Below, one piece after another: positions 1 to 8,413 of a stretch of DNA of 32,000 nucleotides. Source of the stretch: Acaryochloris marina MBIC11017 (lineage in GTDB: Bacteria > Cyanobacteriota > Cyanobacteriia > Thermosynechococcales > Thermosynechococcaceae); assembly GCF_000018105.1 (NCBI RefSeq), contig NC_009929.1, forward strand, positions 150,001 through 182,000, written 5' to 3'. The position numbers and the translations under genes were made by a program. Under the pieces are notes generated by a model. The model saw only the letters and a program-made list of their open reading frames with translations, did no database searches and was not told the DNA's origin. Positions within the stretch are counted from its first letter, which is position 1. Each line of letters begins with the position of its first letter.

Positions 1-1
1 C

Positions 2-889
2 CTGAAACGGTTCAAAGACTTGTTAGAAGACCATGCCAGTGAGGCTCGAATATTTGGGAATTTCCCCAGCTTATTTATGGGGTTAATCAACCCAAAGGGA
101 CTCTGGGAACATTACCAGGGCTGTTTACGGTTTGTGGATAGTGTCGGCAATATCATTGCGGATCATCTTGATCCGAGCCAATTCCAGTCCTTTATTGGCG
201 AAGCGGTTCAGACTGATTCTTATTTGAAGTCTCCCTACTATCGTCCCTTGGGCTATCCTGATCAGACTCCAGGTCTGTGCCGTTTAGAGAGTGGCATGTA
301 TCGGGTGGGACCGTTAGCCCGACTCAACGTCTGCGATCGCATGGGCACACCCTTAGCCGATCAGGAATTGCAAGAATTCCGCCAGCGGGGCAATGGGACC
401 GTTACCTCTTCCTTCTACTACCATTACGCTCGCTTAATTGAGATCTTGGCCTGTATTGAACGCATTGAGCAGCAGATAGAGGATCCAGGACTTTGTCAAC
501 CGCCCTTAAGAGCCCAGGCAGATGTCAATCAATTAGAGGGGGTTGGAGTGAGTGAAGCACCACGGGGGACGCTGTTTCATCACTATCAAGTGGATGCAAC
601 GGGGTTACTCCAATCCGTTAATCTGATCATCGCCACGGGGCAAAATAATCTGGCCATGAACCGCACCGTTGCTCAGATTGCTCGTCACTACCTCCATGGA
701 CCCGATATTCCTGAATCGATGCTCAATCGGGTCGAAGCAGGTATTCGGGCCTTTGATCCTTGTTTAAGTTGCTCGACTCATGCGGCAGGCCAGATGCCAC
801 TTCATATCCAGTGCAAATCAGCACATAGTGGCCAAGTCCTAAGTGAGGTATGGAGAACCTCAACGGGGGAATTTCAAGTTAAAGGTTGA
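2..889 (+). CDS. hoxH: NiFe hydrogenase large subunit, C-terminal ~295 aa (5' end outside window), bidirectional Hox type
   Basis: The frame is open from nt 2, and the ORF-track 'M' at nt 20 is an internal TTG. It carries SEAPRGTLFHHY and the C-terminal Ni-binding motif DPCLSCSTH, followed by a ~35-aa tail of the kind removed by a HoxW-type endopeptidase. hoxW and hyp genes lie adjacent. Confidence 0.88.
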   Translation: MKRFKDLLEDHASEARIFGNFPSLFMGLINPKGLWEHYQGCLRFVDSVGNIIADHLDPSQFQSFIGEAVQTDSYLKSPYYRPLGYPDQTPGLCRLESGMYRVGPLARLNVCDRMGTPLADQELQEFRQRGNGTVTSSFYYHYARLIEILACIERIEQQIEDPGLCQPPLRAQADVNQLEGVGVSEAPRGTLFHHYQVDATGLLQSVNLIIATGQNNLAMNRTVAQIARHYLHGPDIPESMLNRVEAGIRAFDPCLSCSTHAAGQMPLHIQCKSAHSGQVLSEVWRTSTGEFQVKG

Positions 890-922
890 GAATATCAGTG
901 CTTTTGTCAATGATTGTTTCCC

Positions 923-1159
923 TTAGACAGGTGGGCTGATATTGTCCAAGAGTTGTAAGGTCCGCTCAGCTTCTTCAACATCAATAACGTTCAAAGCAAA
1001 CCCCACATGGACAATGACATAGTCACCCACCTCCGCATGGGGAACATAAGCAAGGCTGACGTCCTTCAGAACGCCTCCAAAACTCACTTTCCCCGCCCGT
1101 AACAGTGGGTCATCATGATCCAAGATGCTGACAATCTGGCCGGGTACCGCTAAGCACAT
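923..1159 (-). CDS. hypC: Hydrogenase maturation chaperone HypC
   Basis: 78 aa with the diagnostic N-terminus MCLAVPGQIV (Cys2). Size is typical of HypC/HupF. The start overlaps the hypF stop by 10 nt. Confidence 0.92.
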   Translation of the reverse strand: MCLAVPGQIVSILDHDDPLLRAGKVSFGGVLKDVSLAYVPHAEVGDYVIVHVGFALNVIDVEEAERTLQLLDNISPPV

Positions 1160-3627
1160 GGTGAATCTGCCTCGACAAAGGGCTGTTGTCTGTCAAAAGT
1201 CTCATTGACCTTGGGAAAGCGTCCCGCATAGTGGCGATGGGCAGCCATGATTTGTCCAAGGGCAATCCCTCCATCATTAGTAGGGACTTGCTGATGCCAG
1301 TAGGGGCGATACTGGTTTTCCCGCAACCTGTGGATGGCTTTTTCACTCAAATATTGATTTTGAAAACATCCGCCCGTGAGCACGATATATGGCTCGCCGA
1401 TTTGATGGGCGATCTGGACAATGATTTCAACCAAAGTATTGTGAAACTTAGTGGAGATCCAGCTAGTATCAACGCCCTGGTCAATATCGGCCAGAATGGC
1501 TATCAGCATCGGTTCCCAATCCATCACGAAGGGCAATGAAGAGGAGAGATGGAAAGGATAGTCGTCTTCCGTTGCAACCCTGCCCAAGATAGACTCTAAG
1601 GCCATCGCTGCTTGCCCCTCAAAATGGGTGGTTTGCATCAGGTCCGTGAGGGATGCGATCGCATCAAAGAATCGCCCCACACTTGAGGTCAGAGGGGTAT
1701 TCAGAGACCGATCCAGCATTGACTGCAATACCTGGGCAGACGGCTGGGAAAAAGCCTTCAAGGGCGCTAAGCCTTCCCACTCAAAAATCTCGCCCCCAAA
1801 GCAGGTATAGAGCAGCCCCATCGCCGTTCGTCTGGGCTCACGAGCGGCTTGGTCACCACCGGGTAAGAAAAAGGGACGCCAGTAGCCGACCCGCTCAAAC
1901 CCAGTTGGTGTGATTTGCAGAAATTCTCCGCCCCAGACGGTCTCATCCAATCCATAACCCGCCCCATCCCAAGCAATTCCCAGAACAGGAGCTGCTAAAT
2001 GCTGCTCTGCCATACAGGCCAACACATGGGCATAGTGATGTTGCACAGATAATAAGGGAACTTGCCATTGCTGAGCTAAAGCTTGGGCAGCTTGGGTGGA
2101 AGCATAATCTGGATGAGCATCACAGGCGACCAGGTTAGGTTGGCACTCGTAGAGCTGAAGTAACGCCTGAAGGGTTTGCTGAAAACGGTCGATGGAGGGC
2201 ACGGTGTCCAGATCCCCCAGATGTTGACTCATAAAAACGTGATCGTCTAAGGAGAGGGCAATGGTGTTCTTTAGATGAGAACCCACCGCGAGGATCGTAG
2301 GGCGTTTTGGGGGTCGGGTAGATTGTGGCGTTGCCGATAAGCCTTTGGGGCTGGAATGATGAGACGGAAAAGTGACGGATAGAGGGAGCGGCGCATATCC
2401 TCGGGCACGGCGGCGGAGTTGAGTTTGCCCATTGATAACTTGGACAACTGAGTCATCTATAGGGTGCAAAATAGGGCGATTCTGGATCAGAAACAGATCG
2501 GCGATAGATTTGAGGTCATCCAAGGCTTTTTCCCCATTGAAGCTGATGGGTGCACCGTTGAGATTGCCACTGGTAGCAACGATGGGGAAGTCGAGGTCGG
2601 CCATCAGGAGATGGTGAATCGGAGTGTAAGGTAGCAGTACGCCCAGGTGAGAGCAACCTGGGGCGACTTCATCGGCAATTGGGTCTGCCAGTGAGAGGTG
2701 TCTTCGCTGAAGTAAAACAATGGGGGCCTTGGGCGATTGCAGCAGCTCCGCCTCCAGTTCAGATACTTCGCAGGTGTGTTTGACCCGTTCCAAAGATGGG
2801 TACATCAAGGCGAAGGGTTTATTGGGGCGCTTCTTGCGCGTTCTTAGCCGCTTTACTGCATCCGAATTGCGAGCATCGACTAACAAATGGAAGCCCCCCA
2901 CTCCTTTTACCGCGACGATCAGACCCTGACGAAGGGCTACAGCAGCTAACCCGATAGCTCCAAGTCCCTCCGTCTTTTCCGCTATCCCCTCCTGGTTTTG
3001 TTGAACGGCCTGTCCCTGAAGCTGATTGCTAACCCAACGTTCCTTCTGCCAATACCCTACTTCAACGATGGGGCCACAGGTAGGACAGGCAATCGGTTGA
3101 GCATGAAATCGGCGAGATAAGGGATTCTGATACTCTGACAAGCAATCGGGACACATGTGAAAGCTCGCCATTGCGGTATTACCGCGATCGTAGGGTAAGG
3201 CTCGAATAATGCTATACCTCGGACCACAGTGCGTACAGTTGATAAACGGGTAGCGGTATCTGCGATCGCTAGGGTTGAACAGTTCACGGAGACAATCGGC
3301 ACACGTAGCGACATCCGGCAGCAAGAGGGTGGTTTTAGGGCCGTTTTGGCTGGGACGAATCGTAAAGGTGTGCTCACCCAAAGGTGGAATACACTTTTGC
3401 TTGATAGTCTCAATTTCAGCGAGAACAGGGGGATTGGCTTGGAGTTGAGCGAGAAACTGGTTCAACCGTTCAGGGCCACCTTCCACTTCAATCACCACCC
3501 CCTGGGTATCATTCGACACCCAACCCCTGAGTTTCAATCGGGTCGCTAAACGGAAGATAAATGGCCGAAACCCAACGCCTTGAACGGCTCCTTGAATCGT
3601 TAGTTGGAGGCGCTGATGGGTCATCAT
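1150..3627 (-). CDS. hypF: Carbamoyltransferase HypF
   Basis: Acylphosphatase-like N-terminus (LQLTIQGAVQGVGFRPFIFRLA). Two zinc-finger pairs (CADC...CTHCGPRYS and CPDC...CPTCGP). YrdC-like block (VAVKGVGGFHLLVDA) and Kae1-like C-terminus. Start chosen at the ATGATG at 3627/3624, with GAGGGA upstream. The ORF-track extension to 3765 has no HypF-like sequence. Confidence 0.92.
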   Translation of the reverse strand: MMTHQRLQLTIQGAVQGVGFRPFIFRLATRLKLRGWVSNDTQGVVIEVEGGPERLNQFLAQLQANPPVLAEIETIKQKCIPPLGEHTFTIRPSQNGPKTTLLLPDVATCADCLRELFNPSDRRYRYPFINCTHCGPRYSIIRALPYDRGNTAMASFHMCPDCLSEYQNPLSRRFHAQPIACPTCGPIVEVGYWQKERWVSNQLQGQAVQQNQEGIAEKTEGLGAIGLAAVALRQGLIVAVKGVGGFHLLVDARNSDAVKRLRTRKKRPNKPFALMYPSLERVKHTCEVSELEAELLQSPKAPIVLLQRRHLSLADPIADEVAPGCSHLGVLLPYTPIHHLLMADLDFPIVATSGNLNGAPISFNGEKALDDLKSIADLFLIQNRPILHPIDDSVVQVINGQTQLRRRARGYAPLPLSVTFPSHHSSPKGLSATPQSTRPPKRPTILAVGSHLKNTIALSLDDHVFMSQHLGDLDTVPSIDRFQQTLQALLQLYECQPNLVACDAHPDYASTQAAQALAQQWQVPLLSVQHHYAHVLACMAEQHLAAPVLGIAWDGAGYGLDETVWGGEFLQITPTGFERVGYWRPFFLPGGDQAAREPRRTAMGLLYTCFGGEIFEWEGLAPLKAFSQPSAQVLQSMLDRSLNTPLTSSVGRFFDAIASLTDLMQTTHFEGQAAMALESILGRVATEDDYPFHLSSSLPFVMDWEPMLIAILADIDQGVDTSWISTKFHNTLVEIIVQIAHQIGEPYIVLTGGCFQNQYLSEKAIHRLRENQYRPYWHQQVPTNDGGIALGQIMAAHRHYAGRFPKVNETFDRQQPFVEADSPCA

Positions 3628-3679
3628 CAAATATCCATTCCCTCGATCATCCATAACCAGGCTGCTTTGATTGAGGAGG

Positions 3680-4162
3680 CTAAAATTTATAGCCAATTTG
3701 GCGAAGAAAATCTTGACGCTCCAAGATGTCTTCTTCTCCTTCCACTCCTTTGGGAGAGAAGCCATCGATCACACCTAATACCCCAGCGCCTTGGTCCGTC
3801 TTGGCCAGGATCACTTCTACAGGATTAGCCGTCGCACAGTAAATGGTGCAGACTTCTGGGGACTGCTGAATCGCATTCAAAACGCTAATGGGAAAAGCAT
3901 CTTGCATCAATAGAATAAAACTATGACCCGCGGCGATTTTCTTAGCATTACTGACAGCGATATCTTGGAGTGAAGGGTCGTTGCCCGCAAACCGGATCAG
4001 ACAAGGCCCTGATGCTTCGCAGAACGCTAGACCAAATTTTGCCTGAGGGCAAGTTCCGACCATAATTTCATATAAATCCTCCACTGTCTTGATGAAATGG
4101 CTTTGGCCCAAGATTAAATTTGTATGTTCAGGGACATGCAGGACAACGGTGGTCACTTCCAT
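3680..4162 (-). CDS. Small soluble protein resembling the PF04008 family ('adenosine-specific kinase'/DUF355-like)
   Basis: ~160 aa. GQSHFIKTVEDLYE, FGLAFCEASGPCLIR, AAGHSFILLMQDAFPISVLNAIQ and IYCATANPVEV match my memory of PF04008 proteins. Start uncertain: ATG at 4162 has GAGG upstream, and an alternative ATG lies at 4189. Family call is from memory only. Confidence 0.6.
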   Translation of the reverse strand: MEVTTVVLHVPEHTNLILGQSHFIKTVEDLYEIMVGTCPQAKFGLAFCEASGPCLIRFAGNDPSLQDIAVSNAKKIAAGHSFILLMQDAFPISVLNAIQQSPEVCTIYCATANPVEVILAKTDQGAGVLGVIDGFSPKGVEGEEDILERQDFLRQIGYKF

Positions 4163-4193
4163 AGTGCTTCGCCTCACAAAAACCGTCATATCT

Positions 4194-4862
4194 TTAAGTC
4201 AGCAAAAGCGCCAACAAACCACAAAGGGCAATTCCGTCAAAAACCCCGGCGCCGCCAATACTGAGGACACCGCCGCTCATAGCTGTTATATCCCTTAGAT
4301 GTAATAAATCTGCACCGATTAAGGTTCCTATGATACCTCCAGCAAAAGCCGTCGCTGGAGCATGATTTATTCCCAATAACATTGCCGTTAATGCCGCAGT
4401 CAAAGGGGCGAGTAATGGGTTCATCGTAATCCCAATTCCAGGGACGATATGGGCGGCATAGAAACAAACAACGGTCACGATAGATGTAATCAGCAAGATG
4501 GCTGCTGGATTAGCCTGTCTAAATTGGTAAATGGCCAGAATAATGGGAATTAAGCCACCCCCCACATTCAGGGCTACGACCTTTGTTTGTCTCATTTTGA
4601 GCAATGGAATCCCCCAGAATTGACGTTGGTAGTACATCAAAAAGTTATCCATCGCGTACACAGGTGAGTCCATGCGATAAAGAGGGATATTGATCGTGCT
4701 ACCCAAAATAACTAAGACCAATAGTGCGAGGGCCACTTGAGGCGTAAATCCTAACTTTGCAGCGGCAAGTTGAACGACATCAATCGTCAATACCAACCAG
4801 ACGAAGGGTAGGAACAGTAAAAATAAGAGAAACAGCAGTAGAGAAACGGGTAAATAGATCAT
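4194..4862 (-). CDS. Polytopic integral membrane protein, DUF1614-like
   Basis: ~222 aa, strongly hydrophobic, roughly 6 predicted TM stretches. NVGGGLIPIILAIY and SIGGAGVFDGIAL resemble DUF1614 from memory. ATG at 4862 has AAGGA about 9 nt upstream. The alternative ATG at 4871 sits directly against that SD. Confidence 0.65.
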   Translation of the reverse strand: MIYLPVSLLLFLLFLLFLPFVWLVLTIDVVQLAAAKLGFTPQVALALLVLVILGSTINIPLYRMDSPVYAMDNFLMYYQRQFWGIPLLKMRQTKVVALNVGGGLIPIILAIYQFRQANPAAILLITSIVTVVCFYAAHIVPGIGITMNPLLAPLTAALTAMLLGINHAPATAFAGGIIGTLIGADLLHLRDITAMSGGVLSIGGAGVFDGIALCGLLALLLT

Positions 4863-4893
4863 ATGAATCATCCTTACCGTTCTAAACAGTTTT

Positions 4894-4936
4894 AACTAAC
4901 CCAGCTAGACTGGTTAGCAACTGTTGTGGGTTAGTT
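4894..4936 (-). promoter_or_regulatory. Perfect 10-bp inverted repeat (stem-loop) spanning the hypB stop codon
   Basis: AACTAACCCA (4894-4903) and TGGGTTAGTT (4927-4936) are exact reverse complements separated by 23 nt. The loop holds a third copy of the core (GGTTAG, 4912-4917) that could pair alternatively. Confidence 0.45.
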
Positions 4937-5746
4937 TGAGGATAGTCTGCCAATCTGTAAAACTTGTGAGTTTTGGGGGTGAAACGAAGGTCTGCTTAGG
5001 TCTTGGCGACATTGATCCAAATAGGCATACCAAGCATCCATACCCGCTCCCGTTCGAGCCGATACCTCAAATAGGGTAGCTTGAGGAGCGATTTGTTGGA
5101 GCGAAGAGATCGCAAGGTCCCGTTGCCATCCCACAGCCTCCGCAATATCCGTTTTATTGATCAAAACGACCTGAGCCGACTTGAACATTGCTGGATATTT
5201 TTGGGGCTTGTCTTCGCCCTCGGTGACAGACAAGATGACGACTCTGATTTGTTCTCCTAAATCGAACGCAGCGGGACAAACGAGGTTGCCAACATTTTCA
5301 ATCACGAGGAGATCCCAAGGTTTGGGCGGGAGTTTGGATAAAGCGTGGCTCACCATCCTGGCTTCTAAGTGGCATGCTGTCCCCGTTGTAATTTGAACGG
5401 CTGATACCCCAGCATGGCCTAATCGGTGGGCATCATTATCCGTCGCTAAATCGCCAACAATGGCTCCAATTTGCCAATCATTCCGTTTATCTTGGGCGAG
5501 TCGCTCAATCAAAGCTGTTTTCCCCGAACCCGGCGAAGATAGCATATTCACCGTTAACCAGCCCTGGTGCTGAAACAGGACTCTATTTTGATTAGCAATG
5601 CGATCATTGTGTTCCAGAATCTTGGCATGAAGGTCAAGGTGGCGAACGCTGGGAGCCTCTATGCTTGTTCCTGCTTGGTTCAATTGAGGGTCATGGCCTT
5701 GATGAATCTGGACAGATCCAGCACTACAGCCGCAATCTTCACACAT
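4931..5746 (-). CDS. hypB: Hydrogenase nickel-incorporation GTPase HypB
   Basis: N-terminal metal site MCEDCGCS, P-loop SSPGSGKTAL, NKTD guanine-specificity motif. One nt separates its ATG from the hypA stop (TAG-G-ATG), and a GGAGG lies inside the hypA 3' end. Confidence 0.93.
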   Translation of the reverse strand: MCEDCGCSAGSVQIHQGHDPQLNQAGTSIEAPSVRHLDLHAKILEHNDRIANQNRVLFQHQGWLTVNMLSSPGSGKTALIERLAQDKRNDWQIGAIVGDLATDNDAHRLGHAGVSAVQITTGTACHLEARMVSHALSKLPPKPWDLLVIENVGNLVCPAAFDLGEQIRVVILSVTEGEDKPQKYPAMFKSAQVVLINKTDIAEAVGWQRDLAISSLQQIAPQATLFEVSARTGAGMDAWYAYLDQCRQDLSRPSFHPQNSQVLQIGRLSSN

Positions 5747-5747
5747 C

Positions 5748-6089
5748 CTACGAAACCTCCATTGCTGTTAGCTCCAGTTCTCTGCCCTGACGCAAATCGG
5801 TAGTGAACTGATGACAAGTGGGACAAACATACACCCAGCTAGTGGGCTGAAAATCCAGATCACAAGCTGAACAGTGGCACATCACGGGCACCGTTTCTAC
5901 TTCAAGTCGAGCATTCGCAGCCATTGTGCCAGCCGTAACGATTTCAAAGGCGAGAGTGAGGGCTTCAGGAATCACACCCGACAATTCCCCGACCCGCAGC
6001 TTAATCCAGTGGATATGCTGAGCACCTTGTTGAGCTGCATGGTCGAAGGCGATGTCTAAGGTGGTTTGCATTAAACTCACTTCATGCAT
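5748..6089 (-). CDS. hypA: Hydrogenase nickel-insertion metallochaperone HypA
   Basis: 113 aa starting MHEVSL (the MHE Ni-binding N-terminus). Zinc site CxxC...CPxC (CHCSAC...CPTC). The ORF-track N-terminal extension to 6206 was rejected. Confidence 0.9.
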   Translation of the reverse strand: MHEVSLMQTTLDIAFDHAAQQGAQHIHWIKLRVGELSGVIPEALTLAFEIVTAGTMAANARLEVETVPVMCHCSACDLDFQPTSWVYVCPTCHQFTTDLRQGRELELTAMEVS

Positions 6090-6612
6090 GAGGCTTGATT
6101 GAACTGGAAACAGAATCCAGCTGTAACTGAATAAGTTCTTGAATGGCGTCCAGTGCTTCTGCAATGCCTTCCTCTGCCGTGGTGGACAGATGCTCACCCA
6201 CAGCAAATTCGATGGCTTTGACTTCTACCCACCAGGCTTGGGGATGATGCCCATAGACTGAGTGGGTTAAAGCGAGTAATGAGCGCGGATCACAAGTATG
6301 CCCCATGGAAGGGACCGTGCTACCCGTGGTTTCCATTCCCCTAGGGGAAATTTGTGTAATTCTGACCGCCTGATCGGGGTCCATACGGCAGGCATCAATA
6401 AAGATTACGGTTTCTGTGTTCGCCAGTTCTGCAGCTAGTTCAGGTGTGAGTTGTTGAACGGTTAACGATCTTACCTGAGGAAGACGCCAAATCGCGACCT
6501 CATCTGCAATCCGAGGGCCAATGGCATCATCACAAAGAAGCTGGTTTCCATAACCAATCACTAAGATTGAATGGGGTTTAGTGGGTTGGGGAACGGCTGG
6601 TGAAGCGTTCAT
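6082..6612 (-). CDS. hoxW: Hydrogenase maturation endopeptidase (HoxW / HycI-HyaD family)
   Basis: ILVIGYGNQLLCDDAIGPRIA matches the GxGNxxxxDDGxG motif of hydrogenase C-terminal proteases. 176 aa. Its stop overlaps the hypA start by 8 nt (ATGCATGA). Confidence 0.85.
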   Translation of the reverse strand: MNASPAVPQPTKPHSILVIGYGNQLLCDDAIGPRIADEVAIWRLPQVRSLTVQQLTPELAAELANTETVIFIDACRMDPDQAVRITQISPRGMETTGSTVPSMGHTCDPRSLLALTHSVYGHHPQAWWVEVKAIEFAVGEHLSTTAEEGIAEALDAIQELIQLQLDSVSSSIKPHA

Positions 6613-6875
6613 GAAGATGCATCCTTATACTCATCACCTTGACGATAGGGCTTAAAGTTGAAGAGCTTATGAGGGCTGCCAGGGCTTCAACCACTTCCCT
6701 TTTGACTCAATAAACGGATCAATATTGAGGAACTTGTGAGGATGGAAGTTCAAACTGGCCGATCAACCGGCTAAACCAGCAAACTCAATCGTCATAGCGT
6801 CTTCAAGTTTATGGCATAGGCTAAAAATGTAACTAAAGCTGCATTGCTCATCCCAATCATTGTGGAGGTGAGAGG

Positions 6876-7451
6876 ATGTTTGCAATAACCCTGCTCCAGA
6901 TATTGGCGATGATGGGCATCCCTTTAATCGTCACGACTGTTTCATCCCCTATGAATGTCACTGAGCATCCGTCTGTTCCAACCCTGGCCACTTCTCAAAC
7001 CTGGCGACTGGAATTACTGGCGGATGGGAACTATCAAGTTTGTAGTCTGCCCGAACCTAAAGATGGGCGGGATGGTAATGGGGTTTGCTTTACCTTTGCT
7101 AAGCGGGGCGAATACGTGGATGGATATTACGGTTTCCCCCATTCTGGAACCTATATCTGTGTTCAAGGTAAAGCAGAACAGAACCGGGTGAGAGGGCAGG
7201 GGTTGGCATTGTCTTGGCCAGGTCACCCTTGGCCTCCAATCACAACGTCACAATACACCTGGCGATTAGATCAGCACTTAACCCTGCAAAATGGCTATGT
7301 TGTTCGCAGCGTCAGAGAACAGTCCGGAAGAGTCAATTGGCTTCGATTTGATGAAGTGAAGTTGGATATGGACGGATTCCATCAATATCCAACCGTGAAA
7401 ATGCGTTCTCCTACTCAACTCTGTGATTGGCAGACACCAACAGAGTTCTGA
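6876..7451 (+). CDS. Hypothetical protein with N-terminal signal/anchor sequence
   Basis: 191-aa ORF with GGAGG 8 nt upstream of the ATG. Hydrophobic N-terminus (FAITLLQILAMMGIPLIVTTV). No motif I recognise. Confidence 0.6.
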   Translation: MFAITLLQILAMMGIPLIVTTVSSPMNVTEHPSVPTLATSQTWRLELLADGNYQVCSLPEPKDGRDGNGVCFTFAKRGEYVDGYYGFPHSGTYICVQGKAEQNRVRGQGLALSWPGHPWPPITTSQYTWRLDQHLTLQNGYVVRSVREQSGRVNWLRFDEVKLDMDGFHQYPTVKMRSPTQLCDWQTPTEF

Positions 7452-7513
7452 GCCGAAAGACTTACACCCACCAAGACATACCTAGAGAACGTCAACGCTA
7501 AATTCGGAGGTGA

Positions 7514-8401
7514 ATGATGGTTACCCTTCCCTCCTCTCCCAAACAATTTAATTTTCCTAACCTGGTTCAGGGGGTCGCTCAACTCTGCCGTCCCACACTC
7601 AGTGTTCTAGCGGCTATGGCGAGCTGTCTCTCAGTATTTGTGCTACAACCTCAGACATCAGTTTGGGTCTATCTACAGACAGCCACAGTATTGATATGTA
7701 TGACGGCTGGAGCCTTTGCCATCAATGATTTCGATGATATTGAAAAAGATCGTATCAACCATCCTGAACGCCCCCTTCCCTCTGGCACTCTGCTACCTCA
7801 TCATGCGTGGTGGATTGCAGTGATGCTATTCTGTATTGCTTTAGGCGCAGCAATCCCTCTTGGTCTATCGTGCTGGATTGTAGTGGCTATCAGTGCTCTG
7901 CTGCTTTGGAATTATGCCCCTATATTGAATATCAGCGGAATTCTAGGCAACGGTGTTGTATCAATGATTGTTGCGGCTTTAATCTTCTTCGCTAGCCTAG
8001 TTGCGGAACGCCCTTGGGCAATGCTCTATCCGAGTATCTTTTTGTTTTTCTATATTTTGGCTAAAGAAATTGTTTGGGATATTCACGATGCAGAGGGAGA
8101 TCAACAACGGGGGGTAAATACCATTGCAAATCTATGGGGACTAACACCGGCATTTTCAATCGCTTGGGGATTAATAGGGCTACTGCTCATTTCGATTCCC
8201 CTAGCCATCGCACGACTCACCATGGCCCATCCGGCCTTGTTTGGATGTTGTGCCATTTTGATGTTGTTAAGCTATGCCCTCGCGCTCTGGCGGTATCAGA
8301 TCATTCAGACTTCCCAGACCTATACAAACCTAATTGTGCTGGGACGCATAGGAATGATTCTTGGCTTATTCGGGCTATTTGGAACGGTCCCCTCTCTCTA
8401 G
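7514..8401 (+). CDS. UbiA-family aromatic/isoprenoid prenyltransferase (resembles DGGGP-synthase-like subgroup)
   Basis: Polytopic membrane protein. First Asp-rich motif NDFDDIEKDRINHPERPLPSG and second motif DIHDAEGD. GGAGG upstream of the tandem ATGs at 7514/7517. Confidence 0.8.
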   Translation: MMVTLPSSPKQFNFPNLVQGVAQLCRPTLSVLAAMASCLSVFVLQPQTSVWVYLQTATVLICMTAGAFAINDFDDIEKDRINHPERPLPSGTLLPHHAWWIAVMLFCIALGAAIPLGLSCWIVVAISALLLWNYAPILNISGILGNGVVSMIVAALIFFASLVAERPWAMLYPSIFLFFYILAKEIVWDIHDAEGDQQRGVNTIANLWGLTPAFSIAWGLIGLLLISIPLAIARLTMAHPALFGCCAILMLLSYALALWRYQIIQTSQTYTNLIVLGRIGMILGLFGLFGTVPSL

Positions 8402-8413
8402 AAGTACAAGAGC

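Noticed and set aside
1186-3549. Plus-strand ORFs and out-of-frame minus-strand ORFs (1767-1976, 2271-2456, 3057-3413) lying inside hypF (1186-1539, 1628-1810, 1653-1913, 2432-2617, 2720-2929, 3229-3549, 1113-1346)
   Set aside because: They are embedded in a gene with strong family motifs, and their products are low-complexity or Arg/Ser-rich with no motifs. They are typical shadow ORFs.
3628-3765. N-terminal 46-aa extension of the hypF ORF (ORF track 1150-3765)
   Set aside because: The extension (MASLPKEWKEKK...) has no HypF-like sequence and runs into the 3' end of the upstream gene. The acylphosphatase domain begins right after the ATGATG at 3627/3624, which has an SD-like GAGGGA upstream.
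6090-6206. 39-aa N-terminal extension of the hypA ORF
   Set aside because: HypA proteins begin with MHE, which provides the Ni-binding N-terminus. The extension lies wholly inside the hoxW coding sequence in another frame.
6613-6875. Search for a LexA-type box (RGTAC-N3-DGTWCB) or other obvious operator upstream of hoxW
   Set aside because: No GTAC-containing dyad is present in this intergenic region, so I cannot support any regulatory-site call.
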